Shown: piece by piece, positions 38,834-52,528 of the stretch
Numbering within the stretch: the first letter of the stretch is position 1
Layout: each line of letters begins with the position of its first letter
Assembly: GCF_009834535.1 (NCBI RefSeq)
Contig: NC_045696.1
Location: forward strand, 110,610,001-110,674,000
Origin: Camelus ferus
Taxonomy: Eukaryota
DNA: 64,000 bases
Direction: 5' to 3'
The notes under the pieces: model-generated
Databases searched by the model: none
What the model was told of the DNA's origin: nothing
What the model saw: the letters and a program-made list of their open reading frames with translations, nothing else
Program-made: the position numbers and the translations under genes

Positions 38834-40707
38834 CTTGAAAACAAAACAAAACAAAGTCAGAAACATTAAAGTTATCTCTCAGTTTTCTAATAAATGACTA
38901 GGGTTAGAGAACATTTTAAGAAAAGAGAACAAATGGAACAAATGCTTTTAGGCTTTGGAAATTTAGATGGAAACATGGCAAAACGTGAAGTGTGAGGCAT
39001 CTGGTATAAACTGGGTTGGCATGGGCTCCAGGTGGAGCCAGCTCCCCCGAGCCCTGCAGCAGTCTTAACCTCCTCAGGTGTCAGGTGCTGCCAGCACTGT
39101 TCAGGACAATTGGCCTTTGACCACATATAACAGTAATGAACAACACAAAAAAGACCCTGCAAAGATTTACATCATTTACGCTGTGTTATATTGTTGGCTG
39201 TAGTTCCCAACTGCACCTGTTTCTGTTTTCCAAAAAGTCCAGAAAAATCAAGATCTTAAAGAGCTTATCCTCATGAAATGTGGCTACAATTTAGATGGAG
39301 AATTTCTATTAAGTAATTATAATTAACTGTACCTAAGAACTCTATATCCTCTGGCTGACCAAATGGAGTCAGGGTAATGTTCATACTTTATCAAACTAAA
39401 ATTTGAAACTCATTTCTTTAGCTGATGGAAAAAAATCCTGAAGACTATAAATACTTTTCTTATTTCCTTCTAGGCAAATTCCTCTAGGATCTGACAAAGA
39501 GGGGAAAAAAACCCAGACATGGTTTTACCACTTAGGGCAAATACACATTTAGACAATGAATATTTTCAGGCTTTTTACTAATAAAAGCCATAAATTCACT
39601 TCTATTAAACTTCTAGGTGAAGAACTGTTCTGCTCTTTAGGACACTGTTATTAGGTAGTTCCTACATCCAGAGTTCTGCTATCAATAAACACTGTTTTGC
39701 TGTAATTATTCAAAATATTGTTGAGTGAAATGACATATGTAGTTTCTCATATTATAAAATCTGAAAAAAAAAATTACATATGTGTAACTGCACAGAAAAA
39801 AAGGAAAGGAAAAAAGAATGCCCAAAATGCCTAATGTTAACATTAAGGTGGTGGCATTAGACGCAATTTTTTTAAAAAACCCTTTTTATATTTTCTATTT
39901 CTATAAAGCTAAGAAGATCATACTTCTAAGGTCATCACTTCAATATTATTAGACAGACAGATTACTTTCTCGGGCTTAAATGGCTACTCTATAGAACAGA
40001 CAGTTTGGTCCAGCATCTGTTGTCAAAGTGGTGTAACACTCCTTGGTTAGTCTCTTACACAGTGATCTAATTTTGGTTCATTCTTCTGCTCTCAATAAAA
40101 TTTGCCAATCAGCGCTCCATGAAAAGTCTAACCAAATTTTAAACACCCTTCAGTTATGTGTTTACAATAAATATCTCCGCAAAATGTAGGTGTAAAATTA
40201 TATTTTGTCAAAGGTACTTGCATTTTTTTTGGATTCCTACTTTTCCTCCTCAGTAAAATGGCAAGAACACTTCAGGGCACTTGAAAAATTAACTAGCTTC
40301 AAAAAAGAAGTTTAGCACTTCTGCTACATTGGGATCTGAACAAAAACAAGGTTGACGTCTTACTGAGTCTTAGTTGACTATATGAGACTCGGTTATATAC
40401 TGAATCATTTATGAAAATTACTAAGATAAATTTTACCCAGAGGTAAAATTATATTTACAGCAATGTCAGGCGATAATTCATATCTACAATTTCAATATTA
40501 AGTCTAAAGGCAACATTTCTTTTCATTAAAAAAATTAGTTTAGACTTTCTATGCACAAGGTACTACAAGGAATATAAAAAAAAGAATAAAACAATACCTG
40601 CCCTCAAGTGCTTATAATCTAGTGAACACACACAACTCAGGAAACTCTAGTGTCAAGATAGCTTACCCACTGTTAAGTTACATATTCAGAGGACTAATCT
40701 GGCTTAC

Positions 40708-40753
40708 CTCTTCTGACTTGAAAGCCTGTTTGGTGTGTGTGTATTTCAAAAAT
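40708..40753 (-). CDS. DNAJC13: DNAJC13 exon 31: (R)FLKYTHTKQAFKSEE
   Basis: TAG/GTAAGC; 46 nt. Confidence 0.95.
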
Positions 40754-41254
40754 CTAGGAGGAAAAAAAAAATACTTAGCACGTATAGGCAACTGATTTAG
40801 ATTTAGTAACCTTACTTTTCTAAGATCATATTTTTTATATATAAATAAAAGTCACAAAAGGCAACTTGTAAATCCATATTTCCAAACTGCTTACTTCCAT
40901 TTAAGGTAAAAACTTACTTAGAAAAAAATTTTAAATTATGGTCATACTAAAATTATGAAATTGAAAAAATTTATCTTCTTAAGAAAAATTGAGCAAATGT
41001 AAAACTGCATATATAATGTGAATATAGTTATATTACATTTGGAAGATTTAACTACTAGATGATATAATTCTTGTGTTAGATATGGTAGTGTTATTCTGAA
41101 TTCCCCTATTCTTCTAATTTTCAAATTTTCAGACATATAAATAGCTTGTATAATGAAAATTTTAATAAAAGCAATGATGTACTTATAAAAAATTTAATAA
41201 TCTGTCCATGTACAATTCAAATCACTTAAAATAGATTCTCATTAGAGCTCTTAC

Positions 41255-41409
41255 CGAGCAACAGGAAGCACATTGGAACCTGTGTACATCATGATAAAGA
41301 AAAACACTCCACTAAGATAAAGACGAGGTAACTGTGGGTTATCCTGCATGACATGGTACAACAAAATAGCAACCTTCTCAACAAGTATAGGGTCAAAAGT
41401 CAACAGGAG
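41255..41409 (-). CDS. DNAJC13: DNAJC13 exon 30: [10 protein letters not shown]...GSNVLPVA(R)
   Basis: TAG/GTAAGA; 155 nt. Confidence 0.96.
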
Positions 41410-44064
41410 CTAAAAAACAAAATAAAATGTTTTTGTTACTGGGTTGTAAACAACTTGCAGTATCAATCATCTTAGGCTTGTGCATTTCATGTGCTGAGGT
41501 TATAGTTTCTTATACATAGTAAGTTGCAAAATAAGAATCAGTGGGATTCTGTATGCTTGTCTACCAGGCTCTCAACAATTTAAAAATGATTTATTTTACA
41601 ACATTTAACGCAGAGAAAAATATTGAGAATTGATCAAAACTTATTCAGAAAAAGCCCAAACATGCCTGAAGCTGTTCTGTCATGATTACAGGTAAAACTG
41701 CTTCCTGTGCAGGTATTTTCCTGGATCGACTTCTTTGTTAATGACAAAAGGAAAAATAAAAGCAGCTACACTTTGGGTTTGTTTTAGGTCAGTTGGGTTG
41801 AAACGAAGCATTCCCTGAAGACTACTTGAAAACTCAAAGAGCTGATCAGAGAACAGCTTTCAGTGAAACAGCACTGAAAACCAGACCTGTAAGTGCAGGT
41901 GGAAGGCAAAAGGGTTACAGGACACAAACTTCTACTACCACAAAGTACTAAAGGATGTGGTCTCTAGAAATCTGAGCTAGCAATACTAAAGGACCACCTG
42001 GGATCACGGCAATGAATTTGGACTAGTAAAGCACAATGCAGTATTGCTATGACTAAACACGTGACAAAGAAATGTTAGTTTTATCTTAATTAAAATGGCG
42101 TTTCGATTTTGTGTCAATACTTACTTCTGAAGACTCCCCAGTTTGAAGTCAAATGCTACTAGTAAAAAGGTTTACAATAATGAGGGCAAGTGCTAGCTCA
42201 GATCAGGGGGTCAAAGTTCTCGATTCAGAGTGTGAGACTGAACAGCAGTGTGTCTTTCAAATAAATAATTTAAATTTCTCTGTGTTTTGGCATCTTATCT
42301 GTTTAACAAGATATTTAGATTGTTTAGTATTATGAAATATTTTACAAAAGAAAAATTAAGATGCAATAACAGGATTGTCCCTAGTGTTAAATAGTGTTTG
42401 TAGTTCAAGACTTGACATCACTTTAACAAAAATACGCGAATGAAGGCAACAACTCAGAAACTGTGTCTACAGAAAACCTAGACCATTCACTCACTGTATC
42501 ATTCACTGTATTTGGAGACCACTCTTAATATTCTGGAGCTGTATCAGATGGTAAAACTGGTGATTGCTTTTAAAGTTGAATGATGTACCGAAACCTGTAC
42601 CAAGCAATGTAGGTAATATTCCCCTAAACCACTACAGCTGCCTAACTGTGCTTAGCAAGAATAAGGCTTCCTAAAGTACAGAAAATTAAGTAAAATCAAA
42701 AATAGCTTCTAAAAACTATGTTTTGAAATCAGTATAAAAAATATGGGAGGCATGTATTATTAAAAGTAGCCAGGTTTATCAATAGATTTCTTCTCTTTAA
42801 TCATTTTAATTGTTCAGATATTACTAAAAACTTTTGATTAATCCCCAAAGCTTCATGTTACACTGACCATATCTTCTAAAATCTGTATTTTAGTCATCCC
42901 TTCCTGGCCTGAAATTCAACATCATTTGCATGTTCTTTCCTTTCAATTTCATAAGCCTTAGAAAAATGTATGGGACAGGTAGGTTTTTTAGGCACAATCC
43001 TTTATCTGCATGTTGAAAAGGGCCAGGATAAAAACCAAACCCCTCTCCTTACACCACCTCACACACACAGCTGCAGGGTCCCCTCGGCTGCAGTGGTGGT
43101 GAGCTATAAGGCGTAATTGCAGTGCTCTGTCATTTAAACCTCCGATCAGAGATACCCACAGCAGAAAAGCGTGTAAATGTTTAAATAACAGAAGTTGGGG
43201 GAAATGTTTCAGAAGTTGAGAGGGCAACGTCAGTGTCATATTCAGGAGGCTTTTTCATTACCAGGGAGTTAAACAGGCAACTCCACATCCGTGAATGTAA
43301 AAATATACAAACTGAGTAACTCTCCTCTCCCTTTTCACACCAGTATACAACTGATGGATACAAACAGCACAGGTAACTGACATGAATTTTAAAGTCACAC
43401 CACGTGTGGTTAATATATATATATAAAATTAGATCTGACAACAGAATAATCCATAGACAGGAGGAAAATATTGCCCTGAAATCTCTGGGTCCTGACTTAG
43501 GGTTCATCTGGAGTTTAGGTACCTTAATTTCCAAAGAGCAGAATAATAAGAAAAAAGAAGATACTTGAGTACATCTTACATAATTCCAACTCAGTGCTTT
43601 GGATCAGTTGCTAACCTTGAAAACAGAAAACGGAGAAGAGTGAAACCCGAAGGCAAGCTGACAAGACTGCTGTGATTATTTCTTAAGATATAACCCACTA
43701 CGTCCACACCTGTGGTCTGCTGGTGTGCGCCCAGCATCCCTAACACCAACACGCACCACAGACTGGAGCGTGTCACCTTTAAGTCATTATAATGGTGTGA
43801 CTTTAAGGACAAGTGAAAAATAAAACCTTTGGAGAATAACCCTGGAGGTGTCCTGTGCTTAGGCTCTTGGATATACAACTTTCCACAGTATACTCAGAAT
43901 ATCAACTCGATTAGGAGTAAGTGAAATAAGTGCAACTTGGGGTTCACTTTTTGAAAATGGAAGAGACTACAATAAAAGAAAGACTGCGGCTCATAATAAA
44001 ACTAAGTAAGAGAAAATAATCCTTAAAATATTGTTCCTAATTTCATAACGTAAAAGGCACCTAC

Positions 44065-44149
44065 CTGAATAATATGGGGAAGGCAAGCATTGTCTGACAG
44101 CAGTCTTTTCACTCTGGGTAAAGGCCGAATGATGGCATTATCTTGATCC
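44065..44149 (-). CDS. DNAJC13: DNAJC13 exon 29: (R)[28 protein letters not shown]
   Basis: TAG/GTAGGT; 85 nt. Confidence 0.96.
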
Positions 44150-45224
44150 CTAGAAAATATTTTCTAGGGTCAACATTTAATATATTTATTAAAATTTGTA
44201 TGTTCAGCGCATATGACATTCTACTAGGCATGAAGCATGTTACCTTACTTTTTTTGTTAATGAAGACTAAGCTCTCATACAGCTGGGAACATGATTAGGT
44301 ATTTTGGTTTAAATCTATTTGGCTGTTTAATATGACTTCATTTCCTTCCATTAGATTTCCTTGAAAAACAGTACCCTAGAAGAGCCAAAGACTCTTATTT
44401 ATTATTTAATTGATTAAACTTGGTGTTGTCCAACACACTGTCTGGCTACTCCCCCCAAAGGGCACATCAAATTTTGTCACATAAATTTAAACCTTAATTT
44501 AACTGCTCTCAGTAATTTCCAAGCGTAGCCTTAATTTGAATCCTACAGTACTTCCATAAACATTAATTGTATGGTTTCAAGCCTGATCTGAATTTTAAAG
44601 AGAACTGGAACTGTGAAAGCCTCGACTGTTATAAAACTGACAATTTCTCAGTAAATTCCATCACAAAATATCTTTAGTTTAATAGTAAGATGATGTATAT
44701 GCAAATATTTTATAGAGATTGAAAAGTTCCATGCAAGGGTTACAATTACAGCTATCACTGGGTAACACTTTCACCTTCATTAGTCAAGTGTAGCAAGACG
44801 TGGGTCTAGTTCTTAAACCAGGAGGGGCTAGCCTGACAGATCAAAAGCCAGGACTCATCACTGTCTGTGAACTACACTGTGTTTATTTCAAATTCTTCAT
44901 ACCTGACTCACATGAATATGACAAGTGTTACTGCTGCTAAGAGTATAGCTAGTAAGCCTCAGTTTTGTAACATTTGAAGTTTCCCAGGGAAAGCTGCTTT
45001 AATTCAGCATTTTAGCAATACAATTTGCGATTTCTTTCTTTATACCTGTTTCAAAAAACTCCAAAATTCAAAACAGTACTCCCTTAAGGCCACAAATAGA
45101 ATATCTTTGCTTTAAATCACCAGAATAAATCCCATGCCATAACCACGCAAGCACCCATACAAATGGGGAGGAAAAGAGTTTTAGAGTCCCCTGTTAACCA
45201 TGGAAATGTTCAATTACATTTTAC

Positions 45225-45427
45225 CTGCTTGGAAAATATCCACACATTGTGATCAACATGTTCAATATAAGGGTAGCAAGGTCAGTTTCATTTAGTACAG
45301 CCTGTCCACTGGCTAATAGACACCATTTAAGCTGGGGTATTGCCTGAAGTGGTCGCCATCCATCCATGCCTTGAGCCCAGCATCTGGTTTTTGCATTTAA
45401 CATTCCTTTGGCCCACAATTCTTGCAT
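45225..45427 (-). CDS. DNAJC13: DNAJC13 exon 28: [10 protein letters not shown]...MCGYFPS(R); GYF-like domain
   Basis: TAG/GTAAAA; 203 nt. Confidence 0.96.
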
Positions 45428-46160
45428 CTAAATGAATGGAAGGCATCATTTTTCCAAACAGACAAAACAAAATGAAAAGGTTTGTTAATTTTTTTTTTTA
45501 TTTTACAGTAAATACAAACTAAACTGAAGTAAACATGCAAGGTCACTATTAGATAACAACAAACTTACAGACAGGCCTCAGGAGCATAAATTTGGCTACT
45601 AATGTAAGAAAATAATCATTTAGCTTGTCAAACTGCAAAGCATAAGGAATACGAAAGAATAAAAATGGTAGGTAGAGTGTAAAACAACCAAATAATATAA
45701 AAGCAGAAGGCTTCGTCTTCTATAAAACTATCTTTGACTAAATTCCAACTAAGCCTGGGAAGCCAAAGATGGGAGGGTAGGATCAAACATTAGCAGGTGT
45801 TAAGATGGAAACTGTCCTTGGACTGTACAGGCAATTTTCAATGAATTTCAGACTCCATATTAAACATTACCTGTTCACAGAATATAGAAGCATTATGGCT
45901 TGACATAATTATTCACGTAGCAACTTTTACATAAAATTCAATAAAAATCTGAGTGTTACCTCCATATGCAACAGCTTTTAAACAATAAAGTTTAAAGACA
46001 TGCGTGTGTGTGTGTGCGTGTGCGTGTGTGGAAATGAAATGGCAGAGCCCTTGGAGCTGACGACAGTAATTTAAATCAGTTCCACACCTCTATATGTGCT
46101 AAAGCAGGAGGCCATAAGAAAGGCTAAGACTTCCACAGAAAGTTTCTCTAAGACATATAC

Positions 46161-46265
46161 CTCATGAAATCCATATGGGCCACTCCTTTCTTTGTCTGCG
46201 TTGCCAAAGTACCATTCCTTTTCACTCTCTCTTTTCATGTCTGGAGCAGCTTCAATTACATTGCT
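46161..46265 (-). CDS. DNAJC13: DNAJC13 exon 27: [10 protein letters not shown]...SGPYGFHE
   Basis: TAG/GTATAT; 105 nt. Confidence 0.96.
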
Positions 46266-46865
46266 CTAAATTTTAAAAAGATGTAGTTATTTTTCAAGGC
46301 AGAAATCTAAGGGGGCAGATGTCATAAAAAGTTACACAGTACAATTTGAGTTTGTATTTCTTTAGAAATCCATCTAAATACAATTTTAAGTGATTTTAAG
46401 AGTTAAGGATTAGCTGCCTAACCTCATAGTCCGAAAAAGCTACTTCCTTATTATGTATCTGAAGTAAACAGTTTCCTAAATTCACTTGGCAATTTAAGCT
46501 AAATTTAAAACATTCTCAGGGCACTAAAATTTTAGTAGACAAGAATATTGCAAATAGCTATATCATTAAACATATATCATTAACCTAAATCACAATGATC
46601 AAAATATTAAAGTTCTTTTGAGGGAAAAAAACTCACTCCAAGTAAGTTTCAATAAATACCTGAGATCGAAGAGTTAAAATGCTAACAGGAAAGTTTTTAG
46701 TGGTTTTAAATACTTACTTTCAATCTACTACTCTCATGACAGATCATTTTATATATCCATGTTTATAAGAATCCAGTATAGGATTTTTATGTGGTTAGTA
46801 TTTTTATTAAAGCATGATCTTAAATACCCTTATTACTGTCAGCTTTCAGTTAGATTCATATAGAG

Positions 46866-47050
46866 AGGTATAGGAGCATGGTTAAGAGCACAGACTTCTG
46901 GGTTCTAACTCTGATTCTCTCCCTTACTGGGTGACTGTGGGCAATATACTTAGCCTCTCTGTTTCTCACTTTCCTCATCTGTAAAATGGGAAGGCTGCTG
47001 GGGGACTTAAAGAGTTAATATATTATGTGTACCAGAATAGTACCTGGTAC
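46866..47050 (+). mobile_element. MIR SINE
   Basis: tggttaagagcacagactt...gtgactgtgggcaatatacttagcctctctgtttctcactttcctcatctgtaaaatggg. Confidence 0.85.
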
Positions 47051-47635
47051 TCTGTAATATAATACAAACCATTATAGTTACTATACCTGATAGTAGAAAA
47101 TGTCATATCCTAGTATTCAATATTTGGTAATCACAATTTTGCCAAAATATGACACATCTCTTAGAATAAGGAGATTACACAAAAAGTAACATTAAAACCA
47201 AAATTATCATCAGTGAGCTAAGTACAGATCTCTTCTATAAGTTAGGTGTCAGAAGGGGCCTTTCAGTAGAGACTTGCAACTCTGTCCTGTTCCTGGCTGG
47301 TTTCAATGCTAACAGTTCTAGTTATTTCACAAATGACGGGTTCAGTTTAAATCCTGAAGGACACACTGCCTCAAAATAAGTCACATTAGAGATTTAGTTA
47401 CTTTAAAAGACAAAAGATACATCAGAAAAATAAAACTCATCAATGTCCATCTTGGTTATTTCACTTTTTGAATGTGTGACAATCTCCCAGACATCAGTAC
47501 TACCACAATAATATATTGGAGAAACACATTCAAGACCACACATACTGACATATTTTGAGGTTTTTATGAGTCTTTTGACCCTAAATTCATACTCAAAGAA
47601 TGTTAAACTTGTAAAACCTAGACAAACACACTTAC

Positions 47636-47737
47636 TTGCAGCGGTACAGTAGCTCGGCTCACATGGAGATGCGCAAGGGTGAGCAAGTCCACAAGGATTC
47701 TGATTCCATTTGAATCCATGAGGTCCTTAACATTTTT
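47636..47737 (-). CDS. DNAJC13: DNAJC13 exon 26: [10 protein letters not shown]...RATVPLQ
   Basis: CAG/GTAAGT; 102 nt. Confidence 0.96.
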
Positions 47738-47891
47738 CTGGAAGACAAAAACATTGTTTACATCACCTAAAATCTTTCCAATGGATATTACTACCTAAAA
47801 GGCTCTCCAAGAAGAGAATTATTTGGAATCTCTTTGAAGAAACTGACACACAACTATAATTACTTGGTATTTTCAAGATTTTGTATTCATT

Positions 47892-47939
47892 TATTTAGAT
47901 AAAGATTAAAAGGCATATATTTAGATAAAGATTAAAAGG
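47892..47939. repeat. Tandem duplication, 22-nt identical unit, 26-nt period
   Basis: tatttagataaagattaaaagg at 47892 and 47918. Confidence 0.9.
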
Positions 47940-48415
47940 GCAGAACTATATTACAGAGAGATCACATAAAAGATTTTTACTTACATATATTCTGAACAAA
48001 ATAAAATAAAAATAAACAAATTAAAGCCTGATGAGAATAGCAGTCATGATAAATTCTATGGTTCTAAAATTACCCTGCATTTTGCAAGGCCTTTTTGTTA
48101 ATAAACAGGTTATTCTACAATCAGAAATAAAATCTAGTACATTAAAAAACTTTTTGATGTTCCAGTTTGTTTTTGTAAACAAGATAAAAACTGGTAAGTT
48201 CTTAAAAGTTAGAAAGAGATTATAATTTAAATTAAGTTTTCCTAGGACTTATTCACTTTACTTTATTTAAAAATCTTTGCATAGAGCTTTCTGATCTGAG
48301 AAGAAAAGGTAAGAATCATGTCCAGATAATTAACCCAAACTGTAATTATTAATCTTTGTTACATACACATGTGACTTACTTGGAAATAATAGAACACCTG
48401 TGCAAAATACTGTAC

Positions 48416-48478
48416 CTTATTAAGGATCAACTTGTTAAGGAAGAGGATCAACCTATCTCGTTCAAGTTTATCTGTACA
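48416..48478 (-). CDS. DNAJC13: DNAJC13 exon 25: CTDKLERDRLILFLNKLILNK
   Basis: TAG/GTACAG; 63 nt. Confidence 0.95.
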
Positions 48479-49715
48479 CTATTGAAATAAATGAGAATTT
48501 AGTTAGAAGTGAATAGAAACACAAAGCAAGATATTACCATCACTGGACAAAGTCAATCAACAGCCAATAAGAAATAAAAGTCATCTTTTAAACAAAGACA
48601 ATCAGAGAAGACTGTCAATTATTACAATTCCTCAATGTCTTAAATTCTTTGTAATTTTATATAACTTGTCTAATTTCCCTAGAAAGATAGTGATTTTGTC
48701 ATAAAAAGATTAATATGTAGCTTTAAGAATAAATATGAAAATTGAAGTAAATGAAAGAATTGGCCCAAATGATACTAAGTAAAAATTCTAAAGAATTACT
48801 GTTTCATATAAATCACATCATCATGAACATAAACAAGAAGGAAAAATGCATCTTACTACAATACAAATGCTATGCCACAGTACTCAGGTTCACTGGAGTA
48901 ACAGTGAATTAGAATTCAATAGTGCGATCTGGTGTAACAGCAAACAATAAATTTTCGTCTGATTATTTCCTGGGTGTGTTTTGTGAATTTATTCAGAATC
49001 CGTTTTCTAATCCACAAAGCATAAGATAGTTAAGGCAATTATAACAAGCACTGAAGATCACTTTAAAAATTGGTGAAATGGTTCTAAGTCAGTTCACTGA
49101 AAATTTAATTGTTCAATGTAAGAGGAATGCAAACACAAACGAAAGAATAAAGTGTATACACTGTAACAGGTAATACTCAACTTGGAGCTGCATGATGGAT
49201 GAACTGATCAGTTTGTTCTTTCCCCCACCTTGCTCAAGTGTTAAATGACAAACTTTCTTAAATTAAAATAAGGGGGGGAAAAAAAGGTGCTAACTGAAGG
49301 ATCCCTTTCTTTTGGTTATCAAAAGTTTTTCTACTTTTGTTCTAAAAAGTTTTACTACTTTCACACTTCGAAATTTAGTATGCTAGCATCATTTAAAATT
49401 ACAACTCTAAAAATCACTATTTCTTTTACACACCTGTCCAGCTCATCCATACTTAAAGATTGGCAAATAGGTTGCTAAAGTCGTTCAAAAGCAGCAACTG
49501 AAAAAAATACACTGACATGGACAAATGCTAACCCATTAACTATTTTCCTATTCATCTAACTTATATTTAAAAAAGCATAATATGCAATATAGAAAAACTC
49601 ATGTAGAAAGCTATGGTAGCAGTGTAATCAAACAGAATTTAATTTTAGTTTTGAAAATTGAACATATACCCCAATGACACTACCAAATAGCAGTTTCTTT
49701 TCTTGATATCCTTAC

Positions 49716-49875
49716 CCTCTCTAACATTCCAATGATGTATCTTGTATCTGTAAAAGGTCCTATTTCTTCATGACATCTGCCATAAACAATAGCAAGGGCT
49801 TGTAAACATAAACACTTCATGTTTACTTTTGGGGTGAGCAGGAAACGATGATAGAGCTCATTGAAAAATTCATAC
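49716..49875 (-). CDS. DNAJC13: DNAJC13 exon 24: (S)[10 protein letters not shown]...YIIGMLER (contains the N855-equivalent at 49860-49862)
   Basis: TAG/GTAAGG; 160 nt. Confidence 0.96.
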
Positions 49876-49962
49876 CTAGATTTGAAAAAAAAAGTTCACA
49901 GGAGAATTAGCCATGAAACTAATAGTGAAAACAAACATAACAAGACATGAAGAGAAGCTTAC

Positions 49963-50066
49963 GATCTCTTAATTGATCCACTGTCTTCATTCTCATCTTC
50001 CTCCAACAGTAATCTCAGGTAATAGTCTCCTATTTTGATTTCTTCTGCCAAGCACTCATATTTAAC
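49963..50066 (-). CDS. DNAJC13: DNAJC13 exon 23: [10 protein letters not shown]...DSGSIKR(S)
   Basis: AAG/GTAAGC; 104 nt; followed by an 87-nt intron. Confidence 0.96.
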
Positions 50067-50799
50067 CTTTATTAATAAAAGCAAATTACATTATTCTAGT
50101 TTACAATCGATTTTTGGCAATTTCCACATAATCACTTCTTAAATTTTTCTGTTCAGAGCTTTTTTCTTTTCTTTATAAGACAGGCTTTAAAAAGAACAAA
50201 AAAATTATTTCCTAAAATATCTGGTAATTCATTATTATTAATGACTTAAATGTTAAGAGTCAGGATTACATACCAATTTTATGAATGTAAAACTTGCTGA
50301 TAAAAACAGGACTATATGGTATCCAAGAAGATTTAAGATTAGCACCAAAACATCATTCAGGGATTTCTGCTTCATTCCCTTCCTGGCTGGCCACAATCAA
50401 GCAAGAAGCAAATGGTCCCACATCGTACAGTTCGCCCAACTCACACAAGGTACTTCAGGCCGTCCTTCATCTCCCCCAATTAACTACATTTTATGGTACA
50501 TTTTTATCCAGCATTCATTCTCTGTATGTCCAATTACTCCAGGCCACATACTGGGGGTGATACATGAGGAAGTGGCCCATGATCAGGAGCCAGGACAGCA
50601 TCATGACCCCTGTACTCATGCTGCTTGTCTCAAGCAAAGATTTGCAAGCAATCGTAAGAAGGAATTCCTTGATCAGTTTATTAAAATTCTTTTTACAAAG
50701 CCTAAAATGACTGATTTCTAAAAATATAAACTATACAAAATCAAATATACATATGTATATATGTATATCCATTTCACTTTTTCCTATAAATTCTGAATT

Positions 50800-51990
50800 T
50801 CAATTCATTAAACTTTTCTTTACTAAGAATACAAGGTGCATGCCATGCACTGCTCTAGTCATCAGGGATGCAGCAATACACAAACAAAAACTTCTGTCCT
50901 TATAGAAGTAGCAGACAAAAAGTAAAACATATATGGTAGTTGGGTGATAGTAAGTGCTACAGAGTGAAATGAAGCAGGGAAAGGGGATAGAGACAATGTG
51001 TGTCTGTCTGTCTGACTGTCTATGAAGAGGGATGCATTTTAAAACAAGGTGGTCAGAGAAGGCACACTCAGATGACATTCAGGGAAAGACCAGAAGAAAA
51101 TGAAGCTATCTGGACAGAAGAATACTCTAGACAGAGGGAACAGAAAGTAGAAATATCTTGAGTCAAGAACATGAATTTGGCATTTTCAGGGAAGCCAATG
51201 CGCCAAAGCAAGAGAGAGAATGTTAGGAGATGAGATCAAAGAAATAATGCCTGGGTTTAGGAGGTGCAGATGCCGTCTTGTAAGTCATTTTAAGGACCCA
51301 GGCTTTTGCTAAGTAACTCGGGAACCAATAGGAGCACCACAGGGCTTTGAGCAGAGAAGTAACATGATCTACTTTACATTATAACAAGATCACACTGCGA
51401 TTATGTTGGTAATAGATTGTAAAGAGGCAAAGGTAGAGAAGCAGGGATGTTGCTACAATCATATAGAGGTAAGAGGGCTGGGTTCTGGGTAAATTTTGAT
51501 GGTGCACTGAATACAATTTGCTGACAAAATTTGGGGGCATGAGAAAAAGATAATTTCAAGGGTTTTGACTAGAAAACAAAGAACTGCCATTATCTAAAAT
51601 CAGAAACTCTTCAAGTAAAGTAGCTTCGAGGGAAAAACAAACAACAGTTTTAGAGCTAAATTCTAGTTAATTATTAGATATTAGAATAAAAGTACGAAGT
51701 CTAGGAAAGAAAGTCTAAGCAGTAGATAAAAATCTGGAAGCCACCAGCAAAGAAAAAAATTTAAAACCACAAGAATGGATGAGATCACTGAGGCGATAAA
51801 TATAAACGAAAAGAAGTCCAAGAACTGATGATCCTTCAGGACCAGCCAACATTTAACAGTTGGGGAAAAAAGGAAAAATGAATAAATAAGGAAGAATGGA
51901 CAGTAAAGGTGAAAACCCAGGAGAACACGGACTCCCAAAATCAAAATAAAGAAAGTTTTTCAAAGAGGAGGGAACAAGCACAAAGAAATC
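50800..51990 (-). mobile_element. L2 (L2a-like) LINE fragment
   Basis: gtggtcagagaaggc...gacagagggaacag...gggctttgagcagagaagtaacatgatc...gaatggatgagatcac...gaaaacccaggaga are typical reversed L2 motifs. Confidence 0.75.
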
Positions 51991-52494
51991 ATTGCATGTT
52001 TCAGACATGCAGCTGGGCGGAAGAGCAAAGCCAGCAGGGTCATGCACATGCTCAAATTTACAGCTGTAATAAAAGTTTAAATTATATACAGAAACATACA
52101 AGATCATCTACCACTAACACGTTTCTTGTTCTCATTTTGTCATTTTTCACGTTAATATTTTAATAGAACACAAAAAAAAATGGCCACCTTCACAATCAAA
52201 CTACCACAAAAATTAATTAAGAAACAAGAGGAACAGATATGTTTCAATCAAGAATCTAAGTAGGAAAAAAAAAATTAAAGAACAGATCTGGGATACATAG
52301 GATCAAATGCGTTAATTTCATTCTCAGGCACAAAGCTCAGGCACTTAACAAAATTAATTTTTCTTTCATCTCAGGCAAAGGTTAAAGTTTTACAGTATTT
52401 CCTCCATAAAATTAAGAGTGATAGGTAAAGATATATGTTAGACAACTACAAACTTTTTTAGTTTTGGAAAAAGTCAAAAAATAATACATGCTTA

Positions 52495-52498
<4 letters not shown>

Positions 52499-52526
<28 letters not shown>
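52499..52526. repeat. (CA)14 microsatellite; (UG)14 in the pre-mRNA
   Basis: Directly visible; begins at intron position +14 after exon 22. Confidence 0.95.

Positions 52527-52528
<2 letters not shown>

Noticed and set aside
40661..40707. Downstream alternative donor GTAAGC after exon 31
   Set aside because: The 41-nt extension shifts frame, and the canonical donor GAG|GTAAGC is already strong.
50281..50721. 146-aa plus-strand ORF, the longest in the track
   Set aside because: Intronic and antisense, partly over L2-like sequence, with no recognisable homology.
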